DNA of 32,000 nt from Ferroglobus placidus DSM 10642 (GTDB lineage Archaea; Halobacteriota; Archaeoglobi; Archaeoglobales; Archaeoglobaceae): contig NC_013849.1 of NCBI RefSeq assembly GCF_000025505.1, positions 1,440,001 through 1,472,000 on the forward strand. Direction: 5' to 3'. Below are positions 1 through 9,016 of the stretch, piece after piece. Numbering within the stretch: position 1 is the first letter of the stretch; every line of letters starts with the position of its first letter. The notes under the pieces were generated by a model. The model did no database searches. It was not told where the DNA came from and saw nothing but the letters and a program-made list of their open reading frames with translations. A program made the position numbers and the translations under genes.

Positions 1-66
1 TTTGGCAAATTAGCTCTCAAAATCACCAATTGGTTGAAAACAGGTAGGATTTACTCGAAATTTTGA

Positions 67-139
67 TGGGTCCGCCCGGATTCGAACCGGGGACCTCCTG
101 CGTGTGAGGCAGGCGTCATAACCACTAGACCACGGACCC
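67..139 (-). tRNA. tRNA-Val, anticodon CAC, 73 nt, no encoded CCA, no intron
   Basis: I folded the reverse complement GGGTCCGTGGTCTAGTGGTTATGACGCCTGCCTCACACGCAGGAGGTCCCCGGTTCGAATCCGGGCGGACCCA by hand. It gives a perfect 7-bp acceptor stem, a 5-bp anticodon stem with loop CTCACAC (anticodon CAC), and a 5-bp T stem with a TTCGAAT loop. Confidence 0.9.
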
Positions 140-162
140 AGCAGTACTGTGTTTTACTCTTA

Positions 163-176
163 GCTATATTTTTTTT
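163..176 (-). promoter_or_regulatory. Probable TATA box for the tRNA-Val gene
   Basis: The minus strand reads AAAAAAAATATAGC, centred about 25-35 nt upstream of the tRNA 5' end at 139. Confidence 0.45.
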
Positions 177-188
177 ATGGTTTGCTTT

Positions 189-1223
189 TTAGCTATATTC
201 GTTGAAGAGCTTGATGAATCTCTCCGCTATTTTCCTCGAATCGTTTTCCTCGACGTATTTCTTAGCATTCTCGACAACGCTTTTTCTGTATTTCTCATCT
301 TCTATTAACCTTCTAATTTTTTCGGAGAGATCTTTTGCGTCGTTGAACTTTACAACCTCCTTCTCATGCATCTCAAAGTGCCTCGTGTTTGGGACGACTG
401 TAGGGATTAAAGCGCCCATGCACTGGTAAAGTGTTGAGGAAACGACAACTCCATTCGTTTGACCTTTCGGAATCATGAAAATATCCGCTTTATGGAGCTC
501 CTCGTAAACTTCTCTGTTGTCCCTTAACCTTTTCCTCTCCTGAATTAGCCATTTTCTTTCGTAGGGTAGCTCTCCGTTCGATCTAATCACTCTGTATGTA
601 AATTCGTAATCTTTTTCGAGTGTTTCTAAAGCCTTAAAGAATGGATCGTACTCGTTAATTGGCTGCCTTCCGAAGCTGAAGAACTTTAATCCGTCTTCTG
701 CGAACTTCCTCTTCGTCGGATTTAGCGGGTGGCACGGATAGGGAATCACGGTCGTTTTATCTCTGACGCTGTTTAACAACTCGTTAACGTATCTCTCATC
801 GAATACCGCAAGCTTTTCGAAGTTGGAGAAATCGCTGTACCTCAAGTCTTTTTTATAACCTTCGTGGATAACGACGAACGTCTTTATGCCTTTCTTTTTC
901 AACTCTCCAGCCAGTTTTTGAACTTCCAAATGAGGAACGCTGCCGTAGGATTCGACGAGAAGCACGTCGAAACTTCTTTTCAAAATTTCGTCGAAGTTTA
1001 TCTTTCCTCCTTCTCCCTCCGGCGAAACCTCTTCGTAACATCTGACGACGAAGTCTTCGTCCTTTCTCACGACTTTGTGGTGCCACCATCTACTTGCGGA
1101 TTCAACGTAGGGAGCAAAAACTGTGACATCGTGACCCATTTTCAGAAATTCGGGGACGATAAGCTCAGCATGCATCGCAACGCCGCAGGTAGCGTTCCAG
1201 CGTGAGAGAACTGCGATATGCAT
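189..1223 (-). CDS. GT-B fold (GT4-like) glycosyltransferase, 344 aa
   Basis: ATG start. The N-terminus MHIAVLSRWNATCGVAMHAELIVPEFLKMGHDVTVFAP is typical of the first Rossmann domain of GT-B enzymes. The length also fits. Donor and acceptor cannot be read from sequence. Confidence 0.6.
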   Translation of the reverse strand: MHIAVLSRWNATCGVAMHAELIVPEFLKMGHDVTVFAPYVESASRWWHHKVVRKDEDFVVRCYEEVSPEGEGGKINFDEILKRSFDVLLVESYGSVPHLEVQKLAGELKKKGIKTFVVIHEGYKKDLRYSDFSNFEKLAVFDERYVNELLNSVRDKTTVIPYPCHPLNPTKRKFAEDGLKFFSFGRQPINEYDPFFKALETLEKDYEFTYRVIRSNGELPYERKWLIQERKRLRDNREVYEELHKADIFMIPKGQTNGVVVSSTLYQCMGALIPTVVPNTRHFEMHEKEVVKFNDAKDLSEKIRRLIEDEKYRKSVVENAKKYVEENDSRKIAERFIKLFNEYS

Positions 1224-1254
1224 AAAAAAAGTTTTGCAAAAAAGAATATAACGC

Positions 1255-2190
1255 TTACCCTTTCATCTTGATTATCTCCACTAAGTTCCAGCAGAGTAAA
1301 AGCTTCGCCACTTCTATCGAATTCACGTATTCTCGAGCTTCCCATCTCACCTTGTATCCCGTTTCGTCCCTCAAAGCGTCGAGCAGAGATTCGAAAATTT
1401 CCACGTTGAGAAAACCGTCTATGTCGATGAAGCTTGCTCTTTTTCCGTAGTAATAATCGGAGAAAAAGGAGATGGCAAAATCCCTTTCACTCGCTTTTAT
1501 AAGCCGGGATAAATCTACGTTGAGGGTGACGTGATCGAGCTCGAAGGAGAGGTTCGTGAAAATAAGTCTAACCCGGTACATCTCTTCCATTCCGAGGAGT
1601 GTGGAAATTCTTTCCGTACTCTCCAACGAGCTCGGGTAAATTTTTATTACGACGTCAGCGTATATTTTTTGAAAGTCCACGTACCTCTTGTAATCGCTTT
1701 CCCTCTGAATTATCTCCTCTATTACCTCTTCTTTCCTGTACCCCCTTTTCTCCATGTCTCTTTTAATCTTCCACTTCCTCTTGATGATTCTTGCTGGATC
1801 GACGAAGATTTTGTAATCGAGTATCTCTCTGATTCCGTCGTAAAGAACGTGTAATCCTTCAGCGATAACTATCTTTTCCGGCTTAAAGATCTCGCAACAC
1901 TTCACTTCTCCTTTCTCGTGATCGTAAACAGGCTTCTCGAACTCTTTCCACTCCTTTATCAACTTTAAGTGTTCTCTAAACAGATCCAAATTTGTCATTT
2001 CGGGATTCAGCGGCGTTATTCCAAGCTTTTTCCTTTCCTTCCTTCCGTATTTGTGATAATCGTCGAGAGTGATCGTTGCGACGTTTCCAGCAAAAATCTT
2101 CCTCACGCTCTCGGCAAAGGTGGTTTTCCCCGAGCCACTGTCTCCGGCAACTCCGATCAAGAAAGGCTCTTTTAGCTTTTCGAGAATCAT
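1255..2190 (-). CDS. Phosphoribulokinase (PRK) homologue, PRK/uridine kinase family, 311 aa
   Basis: P-loop GVAGDSGSGKTT, then LDDYH, EGLH, WKIKRDMEKRGY and ADVVIKIYP. A long C-terminal domain (YRVRLI...YYYGKRASFIDIDG...) is co-linear with full-length PRKs as I remember them. It is not the short uridine kinase form. Confidence 0.7.
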   Translation of the reverse strand: MILEKLKEPFLIGVAGDSGSGKTTFAESVRKIFAGNVATITLDDYHKYGRKERKKLGITPLNPEMTNLDLFREHLKLIKEWKEFEKPVYDHEKGEVKCCEIFKPEKIVIAEGLHVLYDGIREILDYKIFVDPARIIKRKWKIKRDMEKRGYRKEEVIEEIIQRESDYKRYVDFQKIYADVVIKIYPSSLESTERISTLLGMEEMYRVRLIFTNLSFELDHVTLNVDLSRLIKASERDFAISFFSDYYYGKRASFIDIDGFLNVEIFESLLDALRDETGYKVRWEAREYVNSIEVAKLLLCWNLVEIIKMKG

Positions 2191-2237
2191 TTAACAATAG
2201 AGAAAGGGTTATAGTAGAAAACGTTTTTCGTGGGAAT

Positions 2238-3065
2238 ATGGAAGTGGTTGTGAAAAACGTCCCCCTCCTTAAGAAAAAAGATTGGGCTGGGGACAGACTT
2301 AGCAAGTATAAGGGAGGAGAAAAAATCGGAGAGTCTTGGGAAGTTTCGACACATTTTTCCGGAATTAGCGAGGTTATTTACAACGGAAAGGTTATTCCTC
2401 TAACCGAATTCGTTAAGAAGTTCGAAGACGTTCTAAGCTTCAGTGAATTCCCGATAATGGTAAAGCTTCTCGACGTAGGAAAGCTTCTGAGCGTCCAAGT
2501 TCATCCGAGCGATGAAATGGCTAAGAAGCTCGGAGAGAAGGATAGAGGGAAAAGCGAGGGATGGATAGCTCTCAGCGAGGGAAAGGTTTACTTGGGAATG
2601 AAGGACTACTCAAAAGAAGCGACGATAGAAAATCTCGTTGCTTTCGAGGCTGAAGTTTTCGACACCTTCCCGATTTATCCCGGAACGGTTCATACGGCTG
2701 AGAACATTTTCCTCCTTGAAGTTTCGACGCCTTCAGATCTAACTTACAGAATTTACGACCCCTACGGAAGAGAAACCCACTTGGGGAAGGCGAAATACTG
2801 CGTTAGAGAAGTGAAAATCAGTAAAGGAAGAATGAAACTGGAGATGGAAGAATTTTGTGCGGAGGTTGTTGAAGTAAATGGAGAAAAAAGTTTTCAGGAT
2901 GACAAAGTAAACGTTATCGTGGCTTTAAACGAAGTTTTCATCAAGAGTAAAAATTCTCTCAAGTTAAACGATTACGAGAGCTGTATCGTGCTTCCGGACA
3001 ATGAGTATGCTGTTGAGGGGAAAGGATTTGTTGTCAGAATTTATCCACTGAAAAGTAACGATTAA
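2238..3065 (+). CDS. Type I mannose-6-phosphate isomerase (cupin), 275 aa
   Basis: Motifs SVQVHPSD and GKSEGWIAL, plus an N-terminal KDWAGDRL. I took the start at ATG 2238 because the upstream part of ORF 2076.. is antisense to the PRK gene. Confidence 0.7.
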   Translation: MEVVVKNVPLLKKKDWAGDRLSKYKGGEKIGESWEVSTHFSGISEVIYNGKVIPLTEFVKKFEDVLSFSEFPIMVKLLDVGKLLSVQVHPSDEMAKKLGEKDRGKSEGWIALSEGKVYLGMKDYSKEATIENLVAFEAEVFDTFPIYPGTVHTAENIFLLEVSTPSDLTYRIYDPYGRETHLGKAKYCVREVKISKGRMKLEMEEFCAEVVEVNGEKSFQDDKVNVIVALNEVFIKSKNSLKLNDYESCIVLPDNEYAVEGKGFVVRIYPLKSND

Positions 3066-3097
3066 CTTTTTATACTTTCGAAAAGTCTTAGGGTGCA

Positions 3098-4138
3098 ATG
3101 TTTAGAAAAATCTGCGAAATTACAGCTTTCAAAAGAGAAAATAAAACCGTTGATATAGTTAAAAGGATCGGAGCTATAACAGCTGATAGAATTCATCTCA
3201 AAAGGTATCCTAAGGACAACCCGGTCACAGCATTTAATCCCGGTTTAATACTCGTTGACGGGGAGCTGAAGCTTTACGTGAGGATAGTTCTCGGATACTT
3301 CACCTACGCAAGTGCCGTAGCTGAGATAACGATTCCGCTGGAAGAGGTTGAAGCTAACGCTTTTCCGGGGCATTACTCTGGAGATATAGTGGTGTTCCCG
3401 GATAACAGATACGACATCTGGGGTGTCGAAGATCCGAGGGTTTACAGAATAGGCGACGAAATAATGATGACGTACTGCGGGAGAACCGTAAGCTACTTCG
3501 ACCCGAGCATTAGGGTTGAAAGAACTCTGCCAGTTTGCGCTAAAAAAGTTGATAAGAAGTGGAAGAAAACATGCGTCTTCAGATTTCCGAGGGACATGAG
3601 GAGTTTCGTCGTTAGCGACAAGGACGCTTTTCTCGTTAAAACTAAGGACGGAATTAAGCTTTTCCACCGCCCTCACATGAGAGACGAAAACTTCTACCTC
3701 TCCGTAAGCGACGTAGACGGAGAGGGAGAACTCGGAGATGGTGGTTTGAAGGAAATTCCTTTAAAAAACACTGCAATAGCCTACGAAGCTGCTGAATTCG
3801 AGGAAAAGATTGGCTGGGGAACGCCGCCGGTAAAAGTGGATAACGAGTACCTGTTTTTCGTCCACGCCGTAGCAAGGGAATTGAAGTTCTATAGAGTATT
3901 TGCCCTTTTGATGGACGAAGATCTGAATGTCGTTTCCGTCACGCCTCACTACATAATGGAGCCGAGGGAAATCTACGAAGTTTACGGAGATCGTCCTTAC
4001 ACAATATTCCCCTGCGGAGCTGAGATAGTCGACGACAAAATAATAATCTCCTACGGAGCCGCCGATTCGGCTGTCGGGCTTGGAGAGATTAAAATCGACG
4101 AAATAATGAGCGAACTTGATAAGAACAGGTGCGATTAA
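3098..4138 (+). CDS. GH130-like glycosidase/phosphorylase (DUF377, PH1107-related), 346 aa
   Basis: The WGVEDPRV motif, a five-bladed-propeller-like repeat pattern and a C-terminal SYGAADS are typical of beta-mannoside phosphorylase-like proteins. Confidence 0.6.
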   Translation: MFRKICEITAFKRENKTVDIVKRIGAITADRIHLKRYPKDNPVTAFNPGLILVDGELKLYVRIVLGYFTYASAVAEITIPLEEVEANAFPGHYSGDIVVFPDNRYDIWGVEDPRVYRIGDEIMMTYCGRTVSYFDPSIRVERTLPVCAKKVDKKWKKTCVFRFPRDMRSFVVSDKDAFLVKTKDGIKLFHRPHMRDENFYLSVSDVDGEGELGDGGLKEIPLKNTAIAYEAAEFEEKIGWGTPPVKVDNEYLFFVHAVARELKFYRVFALLMDEDLNVVSVTPHYIMEPREIYEVYGDRPYTIFPCGAEIVDDKIIISYGAADSAVGLGEIKIDEIMSELDKNRCD

Positions 4139-4923
4139 ATCCTCAAAGCCCCCATTAGTCTGCCGAGAAAGGAGATTCTGTACTCTCTCCTCAAATCCTC
4201 GTACTTTTCGAGATCTACTTTCTTACCCTTCGCCGCAATTCTGACGTAATCTATCTCCTCCGGATCGAAGCCCATGAGGTAGGCTGCTAAATAATCGACT
4301 AAAGCAACGTCTTCGCTCGCGATCATTACTCCATGATTTACTGGCTTGGTGTTAAGCTCGCTTCCCTCCCCGCCGATGACACCATCCACTATAACGAAGT
4401 CCGGCTTGAAAAAGCTCAGCAAATCCAGAAGCTTTTGATGAATGTTGAAGTGCATGTAGATGGCTGGCTTCTTGAGGAATCCCATGTTGTTCTTTATCCC
4501 TACGGTAATCTTAGCCAGCGAATGAACCTTCATTTTAGGAAGGGAAATGTAGGGGAGTTCTTTTGTTAGCAAAGCGGATTTCCCGACTTCCACTTCTTTT
4601 AAAGCTTTTCCTCCTATGCGAATTTTCACCTTGCTTTCTCTATTTACGTTCACGCACTTCCACTCTCTCAAGCCGAACTCGTCGTAGCATTTGTCAGCGG
4701 CATCATTCGTTACGCCTCCCTCAACAATAATTGGTTCGTCAAAAAAGCTTGCAGCAGCTTTAACAACTTCCGGGTGAGTTATGCTTCCCTTGCTCGGATC
4801 GTCGAACTTGACGAAGTTGGGCTTTATAACTGCTTTTTCATTCTTAATTCCGGACTTCTTCAAAGCTCTCTCGACGAAGTCCCAAGCGTCATCGTAGCTT
4901 TCAACCCTCTCAACTATGAGCAT
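4135..4923 (-). CDS. DUF362 domain protein, 262 aa
   Basis: The N-terminus ...AVIKPNFVKFDDPSKGSITHPEVV and the length fit the DUF362 family. Its stop codon overlaps the stop of the convergent GH130 gene in a shared TTAA. Confidence 0.55.
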   Translation of the reverse strand: MLIVERVESYDDAWDFVERALKKSGIKNEKAVIKPNFVKFDDPSKGSITHPEVVKAAASFFDEPIIVEGGVTNDAADKCYDEFGLREWKCVNVNRESKVKIRIGGKALKEVEVGKSALLTKELPYISLPKMKVHSLAKITVGIKNNMGFLKKPAIYMHFNIHQKLLDLLSFFKPDFVIVDGVIGGEGSELNTKPVNHGVMIASEDVALVDYLAAYLMGFDPEEIDYVRIAAKGKKVDLEKYEDLRREYRISFLGRLMGALRI

Positions 4924-4961
4924 GAAAAATATTTTAAAAAAGATCTGTTAAAGTTTTTCCG

Positions 4962-5276
4962 TTAACCTTCTATCTTTTTTCTAAGCTCTTCGATCCACTT
5001 CTCCAGATCTTCGAGCTCCACGAACTTGAATTCCTTCTCCTTCACTCCAGCTAACGCCCAGAAAAGTCTCGCTACCACTGCCATTAATTTTCCAGCATAG
5101 CCGGGGCTGTGAGGCAGTAAAGCTGCGGCTAAATCGCCAATCTCTTCGAGCAGCTTTTTGTCGAGCTCGCTCGCTTTTTCGCTTGCCACTCCAAGTAGCG
5201 ATATCCCGTTACCCAACACTCTTTCACGGGCTGCGTAATACTTCGCAGCCTCGCTCGTTATTCTGTGAACACCCAA
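4962..5276 (-). CDS. Hypothetical small helical protein, 104 aa, downstream of glnA
   Basis: TTG start preceded by GGAGGTG (5283-5289). It lies 25 nt after the glnA stop on the same strand. No family recognised. Confidence 0.5.
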   Translation of the reverse strand: MGVHRITSEAAKYYAARERVLGNGISLLGVASEKASELDKKLLEEIGDLAAALLPHSPGYAGKLMAVVARLFWALAGVKEKEFKFVELEDLEKWIEELRKKIEG

Positions 5277-5301
5277 CTTTCACACCTCCGCTAAAAATTT
5301 T

Positions 5302-6744
5302 TCAGATGTCGAGGTATTTCATAATTTCCCAAGGAGTTATGTAGAGGCAGTACTGGTTCCATTCGTCGATTTTAATGCTCATGAACGCATCGAATATATG
5401 GGAGCCGAGGACTTTCTGAATAACTTCGTCCGTCGCCAAGTGGTCCAAAGCATCTCTCAACGTCGTCGGTAGCTCTCCTATACCAAGCTCTCTCTTCTGA
5501 CTTTCGCTCAACTCGTAAACGTCTTCCATTATCGGATCGCCGGGATCGATTTTCTTCTTTATTCCGTCCAAACCCGCTGCGACCATTGCAGCTAAAGACA
5601 AGTAGGGATTTGTGCTCGGATCGGCTCCTCTGTACTCGACTCTTATGGCTGATGGCTTTCTGTGATACATGGGAACTCTCACGAGAGCGCTTCTGTTCCT
5701 CGGACTCCAGCAAATGTAAATCGGCGCTTCAAATCCCGGGACGAGCCTTTTGTAGCTGTTTATAGTTGGGGCGCATAGAGCTGTTAATGCTTTAGCATGC
5801 TCAAGCAATCCGCCTATGTAGTATCTCGCTTTCTGGCTCAGCATGAACTCATCATCCGGATCAGCGAAGATGTTCTTACCTTTGAACGGCTCTCCTTCCC
5901 AGAGACTCTGGTGAACGTGCATCCCGCTTGCGTTGTCCAAGTAAAGCGGCTTTGGCATGAAAACAGCCATCATGCCGTGGAGGGCAGCTACGTTTTTAGC
6001 GGCGAACTTGTAGAGGTAGAAGGCGTCGCTTACGTCAACAAGCTGCATCGGCTTGAAATCCAATTCGACCTGTCCGGCTGTAGCTACCTCGTGGTGGTGG
6101 TATTCTACAATTATACCAAGCTTTTCTAAATAGTGAACGAGCTCGTTTCTGTATGCAACGGTTGTATCTTCTGGAGGAGGTCTGAAGTATCCTTCCTTCG
6201 GTCTTATCACGTACCAGCCAGCTTCAAGTTCTCTGCTTTCTGGCATTACCCTCGGCGGACCCCAGCTGTCTCCGGCTCCTCCGTTTGGAGAAACCCAGAG
6301 GTCCCAGTAAAGTCTCGTCGGATCTATCTTTTCAAAGAGGAAGAACTCGATCTCCGGACCGAAAATTACGGACAAACCTTTATCTTTTAATTGCTTTTCC
6401 ATTCTTTTAGCAACGTATCCTCTCGGATCGCAATCAGCTTGCTCTGCAGCCCAAGCCTCGTAAACGTCTCCGAACATTATGGCGGATTTTTGCAGAGGGT
6501 CGTTTTCCCACGGTATTACTCTCAAAGTCTTCGGATCCGGCATCCACACCATGTCGCTCTGCTCTATCGTTTTGAAACCTCTGATCGATGATCCGTCAAA
6601 GCCAATTCCGTCGAAAGTGTTTCCTTCTATGAATTCTCTCGCTGGAATACTGAAAGTCATGAGATAACCTCTCACATCTGTAAAAGCGCAGAGCACTTGC
6701 TTTACGCCGTTCTCTTCTAAAATCTTTCTCACTTCCTCTTCCAT
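5302..6744 (-). CDS. glnA: Glutamine synthetase type I, 480 aa
   Basis: ATG start with GGAGGT 7-12 nt upstream. GS motifs: FDGSSI, HHHEVATAGQVELDF, KPLYLDNASGMHVHQSLW, NSYKRLVPGFEAP. Confidence 0.95.
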   Translation of the reverse strand: MEEEVRKILEENGVKQVLCAFTDVRGYLMTFSIPAREFIEGNTFDGIGFDGSSIRGFKTIEQSDMVWMPDPKTLRVIPWENDPLQKSAIMFGDVYEAWAAEQADCDPRGYVAKRMEKQLKDKGLSVIFGPEIEFFLFEKIDPTRLYWDLWVSPNGGAGDSWGPPRVMPESRELEAGWYVIRPKEGYFRPPPEDTTVAYRNELVHYLEKLGIIVEYHHHEVATAGQVELDFKPMQLVDVSDAFYLYKFAAKNVAALHGMMAVFMPKPLYLDNASGMHVHQSLWEGEPFKGKNIFADPDDEFMLSQKARYYIGGLLEHAKALTALCAPTINSYKRLVPGFEAPIYICWSPRNRSALVRVPMYHRKPSAIRVEYRGADPSTNPYLSLAAMVAAGLDGIKKKIDPGDPIMEDVYELSESQKRELGIGELPTTLRDALDHLATDEVIQKVLGSHIFDAFMSIKIDEWNQYCLYITPWEIMKYLDI

Positions 6745-6785
6745 GCGCTGACCTCCAAATTTTTTAAGGGTTAGAGGTAGAATGC

Positions 6786-6793
6786 TATATAAA
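6786..6793 (-). promoter_or_regulatory. Probable glnA TATA box
   Basis: The minus strand reads TTTATATA, about 42-49 nt upstream of the glnA ATG, inside a 127-bp very AT-rich spacer. Confidence 0.45.
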
Positions 6794-6871
6794 TTTTTTT
6801 CGATTCCAGAATTTTTTAAAGATTTTTTAAAATTATTAAAATTAATTATTCTTAAATTGAAAAAATAAAAA

Positions 6872-8311
6872 TTACGGAAACCTGAAAGGCTTGTCCCATC
6901 CTACGAGCTTCACTCCGGTTATAGCAGAAGCGTTTATCGTTAAAGCTCTTAAATCCTCCATCTCGAGGTTTCTCACGTCAGTTTTTCCAGCTTGTTGAGT
7001 TAAAATTTTCAGCTCTTCTGTCATAGCTTTTATGTAGTTGTAAACTCTTATACCTCCTTTTTGCGGATCAAGCCTTCTTCTGAGCTTTGGATCTTGCGTT
7101 GCTATTCCCTTCGGACACTTCCCTATGTGGCACTGTCTGCAGACCGTGCAGCCCAAAGCTATTAAAGCTCCGGTGCCTATCTGCACAGCATCAGCACCGA
7201 GAGCTAAAGCTTTAGCAACGTCAGCTCCGGTTCTGATTCCTCCGGCAGCGACGAGGCTTACCTTGTCCCTGAGCCCTATTTCCCTCAACGCCTGATCAGC
7301 CTGAACTATCGCAGCTATCGTCGGAATTCCGGCGTGGTTCGCTACGACGTCCGGAGTAGCTCCAGTTCCTCCTTGCATTCCGTCAACGACGATTATATCA
7401 GCCCCAGCCTTTGCCGCTATCTTAACGTCATCCGCAACTCTGCCAGCCGAGTACTTGACGGCTATCGGAATTCTCCAGTCTGTAATTTCCCTAAGCTGCT
7501 CTATCTTCATAGCGAGGTCTTCCGGACCTATTATGTCCATGTGTCTCGCTGGGGAGAGGGCATCTGTTCCGGGAGGGATTCCTCTGATCATCGCTATTTC
7601 CTCCGTAACCTTTTCTCCGAGTAAGTGTCCTCCCATTCCAGCTTTCGCCCCCTGACCTATCTTTATTTCAATTCCGTCTGCATCGTTGAGGTATTTGGCT
7701 GAAACTCCAAACCTTCCGCTTGCGTACTGGGCTATTAGAAGCTTCGCATGTTTCCTTTCCTCCGGATGCATTCCTCCTTCGCCGGTGTTTGTTGCCGTTC
7801 CAGCCATAGCCGTTCCTATTGCTATCGCAACCTTCGCCTCCAAGCTTATAGCTCCGAAACTCATTGCCGCTACCATTATCGGAGTTTCAAGAACGAGAGG
7901 CTCTTCAGCATATCTGTCTCCCAAAACGACCCTGGTATTGCAGGGTTCTCTATACTTGTCTATGGGCGGACGGGAAGTTTGAGCCGGCAGAATTACTAAA
8001 TCGTCGAAGTGGGGGACGGGACGAGTTGCTCCAGTTCCTCTAACAAGATACGTTCCAGTCTCAGCTTTTAGCCAGATGTCGTGAACAATACTTCTGCTCC
8101 AAATGCCTCTATCTTCGAGGTCGGAAGTTCCGGAAACCTGAATGGCATATGCTGGACACACGTCAACGCAATTTCCGCAGCCAACGCAAGCAGTCTGCTT
8201 CTTCACCACCGGCATTTTATCTTCTTCGCCTAAAGCTTCTGTTGGACAGTATCTAACGCACCTTAGGCACTTTATACATCTGTCCCTATCGATACTAATC
8301 TCGAATACCAT
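6872..8311 (-). CDS. gltB: Archaeal glutamate synthase, FMN-binding (GltB domain 2-like) subunit with N-terminal 2x[4Fe-4S] ferredoxin domain, 479 aa
   Basis: CIKCLRCVRYCP and CVGCGNCVDVCP ferredoxin motifs, followed by TIM-barrel GOGAT motifs (IKIGQGAKAGMGGHL, VVDGMQGGTGA, AAGGIRTGADVAKALALGAD). Confidence 0.9.
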   Translation of the reverse strand: MVFEISIDRDRCIKCLRCVRYCPTEALGEEDKMPVVKKQTACVGCGNCVDVCPAYAIQVSGTSDLEDRGIWSRSIVHDIWLKAETGTYLVRGTGATRPVPHFDDLVILPAQTSRPPIDKYREPCNTRVVLGDRYAEEPLVLETPIMVAAMSFGAISLEAKVAIAIGTAMAGTATNTGEGGMHPEERKHAKLLIAQYASGRFGVSAKYLNDADGIEIKIGQGAKAGMGGHLLGEKVTEEIAMIRGIPPGTDALSPARHMDIIGPEDLAMKIEQLREITDWRIPIAVKYSAGRVADDVKIAAKAGADIIVVDGMQGGTGATPDVVANHAGIPTIAAIVQADQALREIGLRDKVSLVAAGGIRTGADVAKALALGADAVQIGTGALIALGCTVCRQCHIGKCPKGIATQDPKLRRRLDPQKGGIRVYNYIKAMTEELKILTQQAGKTDVRNLEMEDLRALTINASAITGVKLVGWDKPFRFP

Positions 8312-9016
8312 TTAACCCTCCTCCGAAGGAGCCGTTCCGTAAACGAACCTCTTCTTTTCTGGAACTATCTTCCTGAATTTATTTGTGAATGCCGGGAAAT
8401 CGTACTTTTTGAGAATCTCCTTCAAGAACTCCTCGTCCTTCTCATTTATCTCAACAAGCTTAGCATTCTTTCCGAGACTTTCCACTTCCCCTTTAACGTA
8501 TATAACTCCTCTCACCATCGACTCGCCAGCCATGCTCTTTAGATCTCCGAGAACTATGATCTTTCCACCCATCATGAATAATCCGGTCATGAAATCGCTC
8601 TTTCCACCGATTATTATCGTTCCGTTCTTCATTATTTCTCCGGTTCTCGCTCCCGCATCCCCTCTGACGACTATCACACCTCCGTATATTCCTTGCCCAA
8701 CCCCATCTCCGGCGTTTCCTTTTATCTCGATGTATCCTTCGGTCATGTTGTCTCCGGCGAACCATCCCGCGTTTCTTTCGACAATCATCTTTGGACCGTG
8801 GAACATAGTTCCTGCAAAGAAGCCGACGCTCCCTTTAACTATTATCTCAACGTCTCCGATCAATCCTGCTCCTATGTAGTGTTTTGCTCCCGGATTTTTC
8901 AGAATGATCTTTTTTTCTCCGTTTTTTACGGCTTCTTTCAACATCCTGTTTATCTCTCTTACGCTCAGCTCCTTGCAATCGATTTCCATCGACATCATCT
9001 CCTGAAAACTCTCCAT
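8312..9016 (-). CDS. Glutamate synthase GXGXG (GltB C-terminal beta-helix) domain protein, 234 aa
   Basis: Repeated G-x-G-x-G beta-helix pattern (GAGLIGDVEIIVKGSVGFFAGT..., GNAGDGVGQG..., RGDAGARTG). The start is uncertain: ATGs at 9016, 8998 and 8989, with AGGAG just upstream of the latter two. Confidence 0.85.
   Translation of the reverse strand: MESFQEMMSMEIDCKELSVREINRMLKEAVKNGEKKIILKNPGAKHYIGAGLIGDVEIIVKGSVGFFAGTMFHGPKMIVERNAGWFAGDNMTEGYIEIKGNAGDGVGQGIYGGVIVVRGDAGARTGEIMKNGTIIIGGKSDFMTGLFMMGGKIIVLGDLKSMAGESMVRGVIYVKGEVESLGKNAKLVEINEKDEEFLKEILKKYDFPAFTNKFRKIVPEKKRFVYGTAPSEEG

Noticed and set aside
2076-2237. Upstream extension of the PMI ORF, and likewise 16544-16699 for ribL
   Set aside because: Both extensions overlap neighbouring well-supported genes, or are antisense to them, and translate to Arg/Ser-rich junk. 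Internal ATGs give family-typical N-termini.
4135-4138. Convergent genes sharing overlapping stop codons in a TTAA palindrome
   Set aside because: Real, but a trivial consequence of tight packing. No functional implication can be supported.
6745-6871. Possible nitrogen-regulator operator (GGAA-N6-TTCC type) upstream of glnA
   Set aside because: Only weak partial symmetry is present (TTCTGGAA; GAAT...ATTC flanking the TATA box). No convincing inverted repeat can be separated from AT-rich background.
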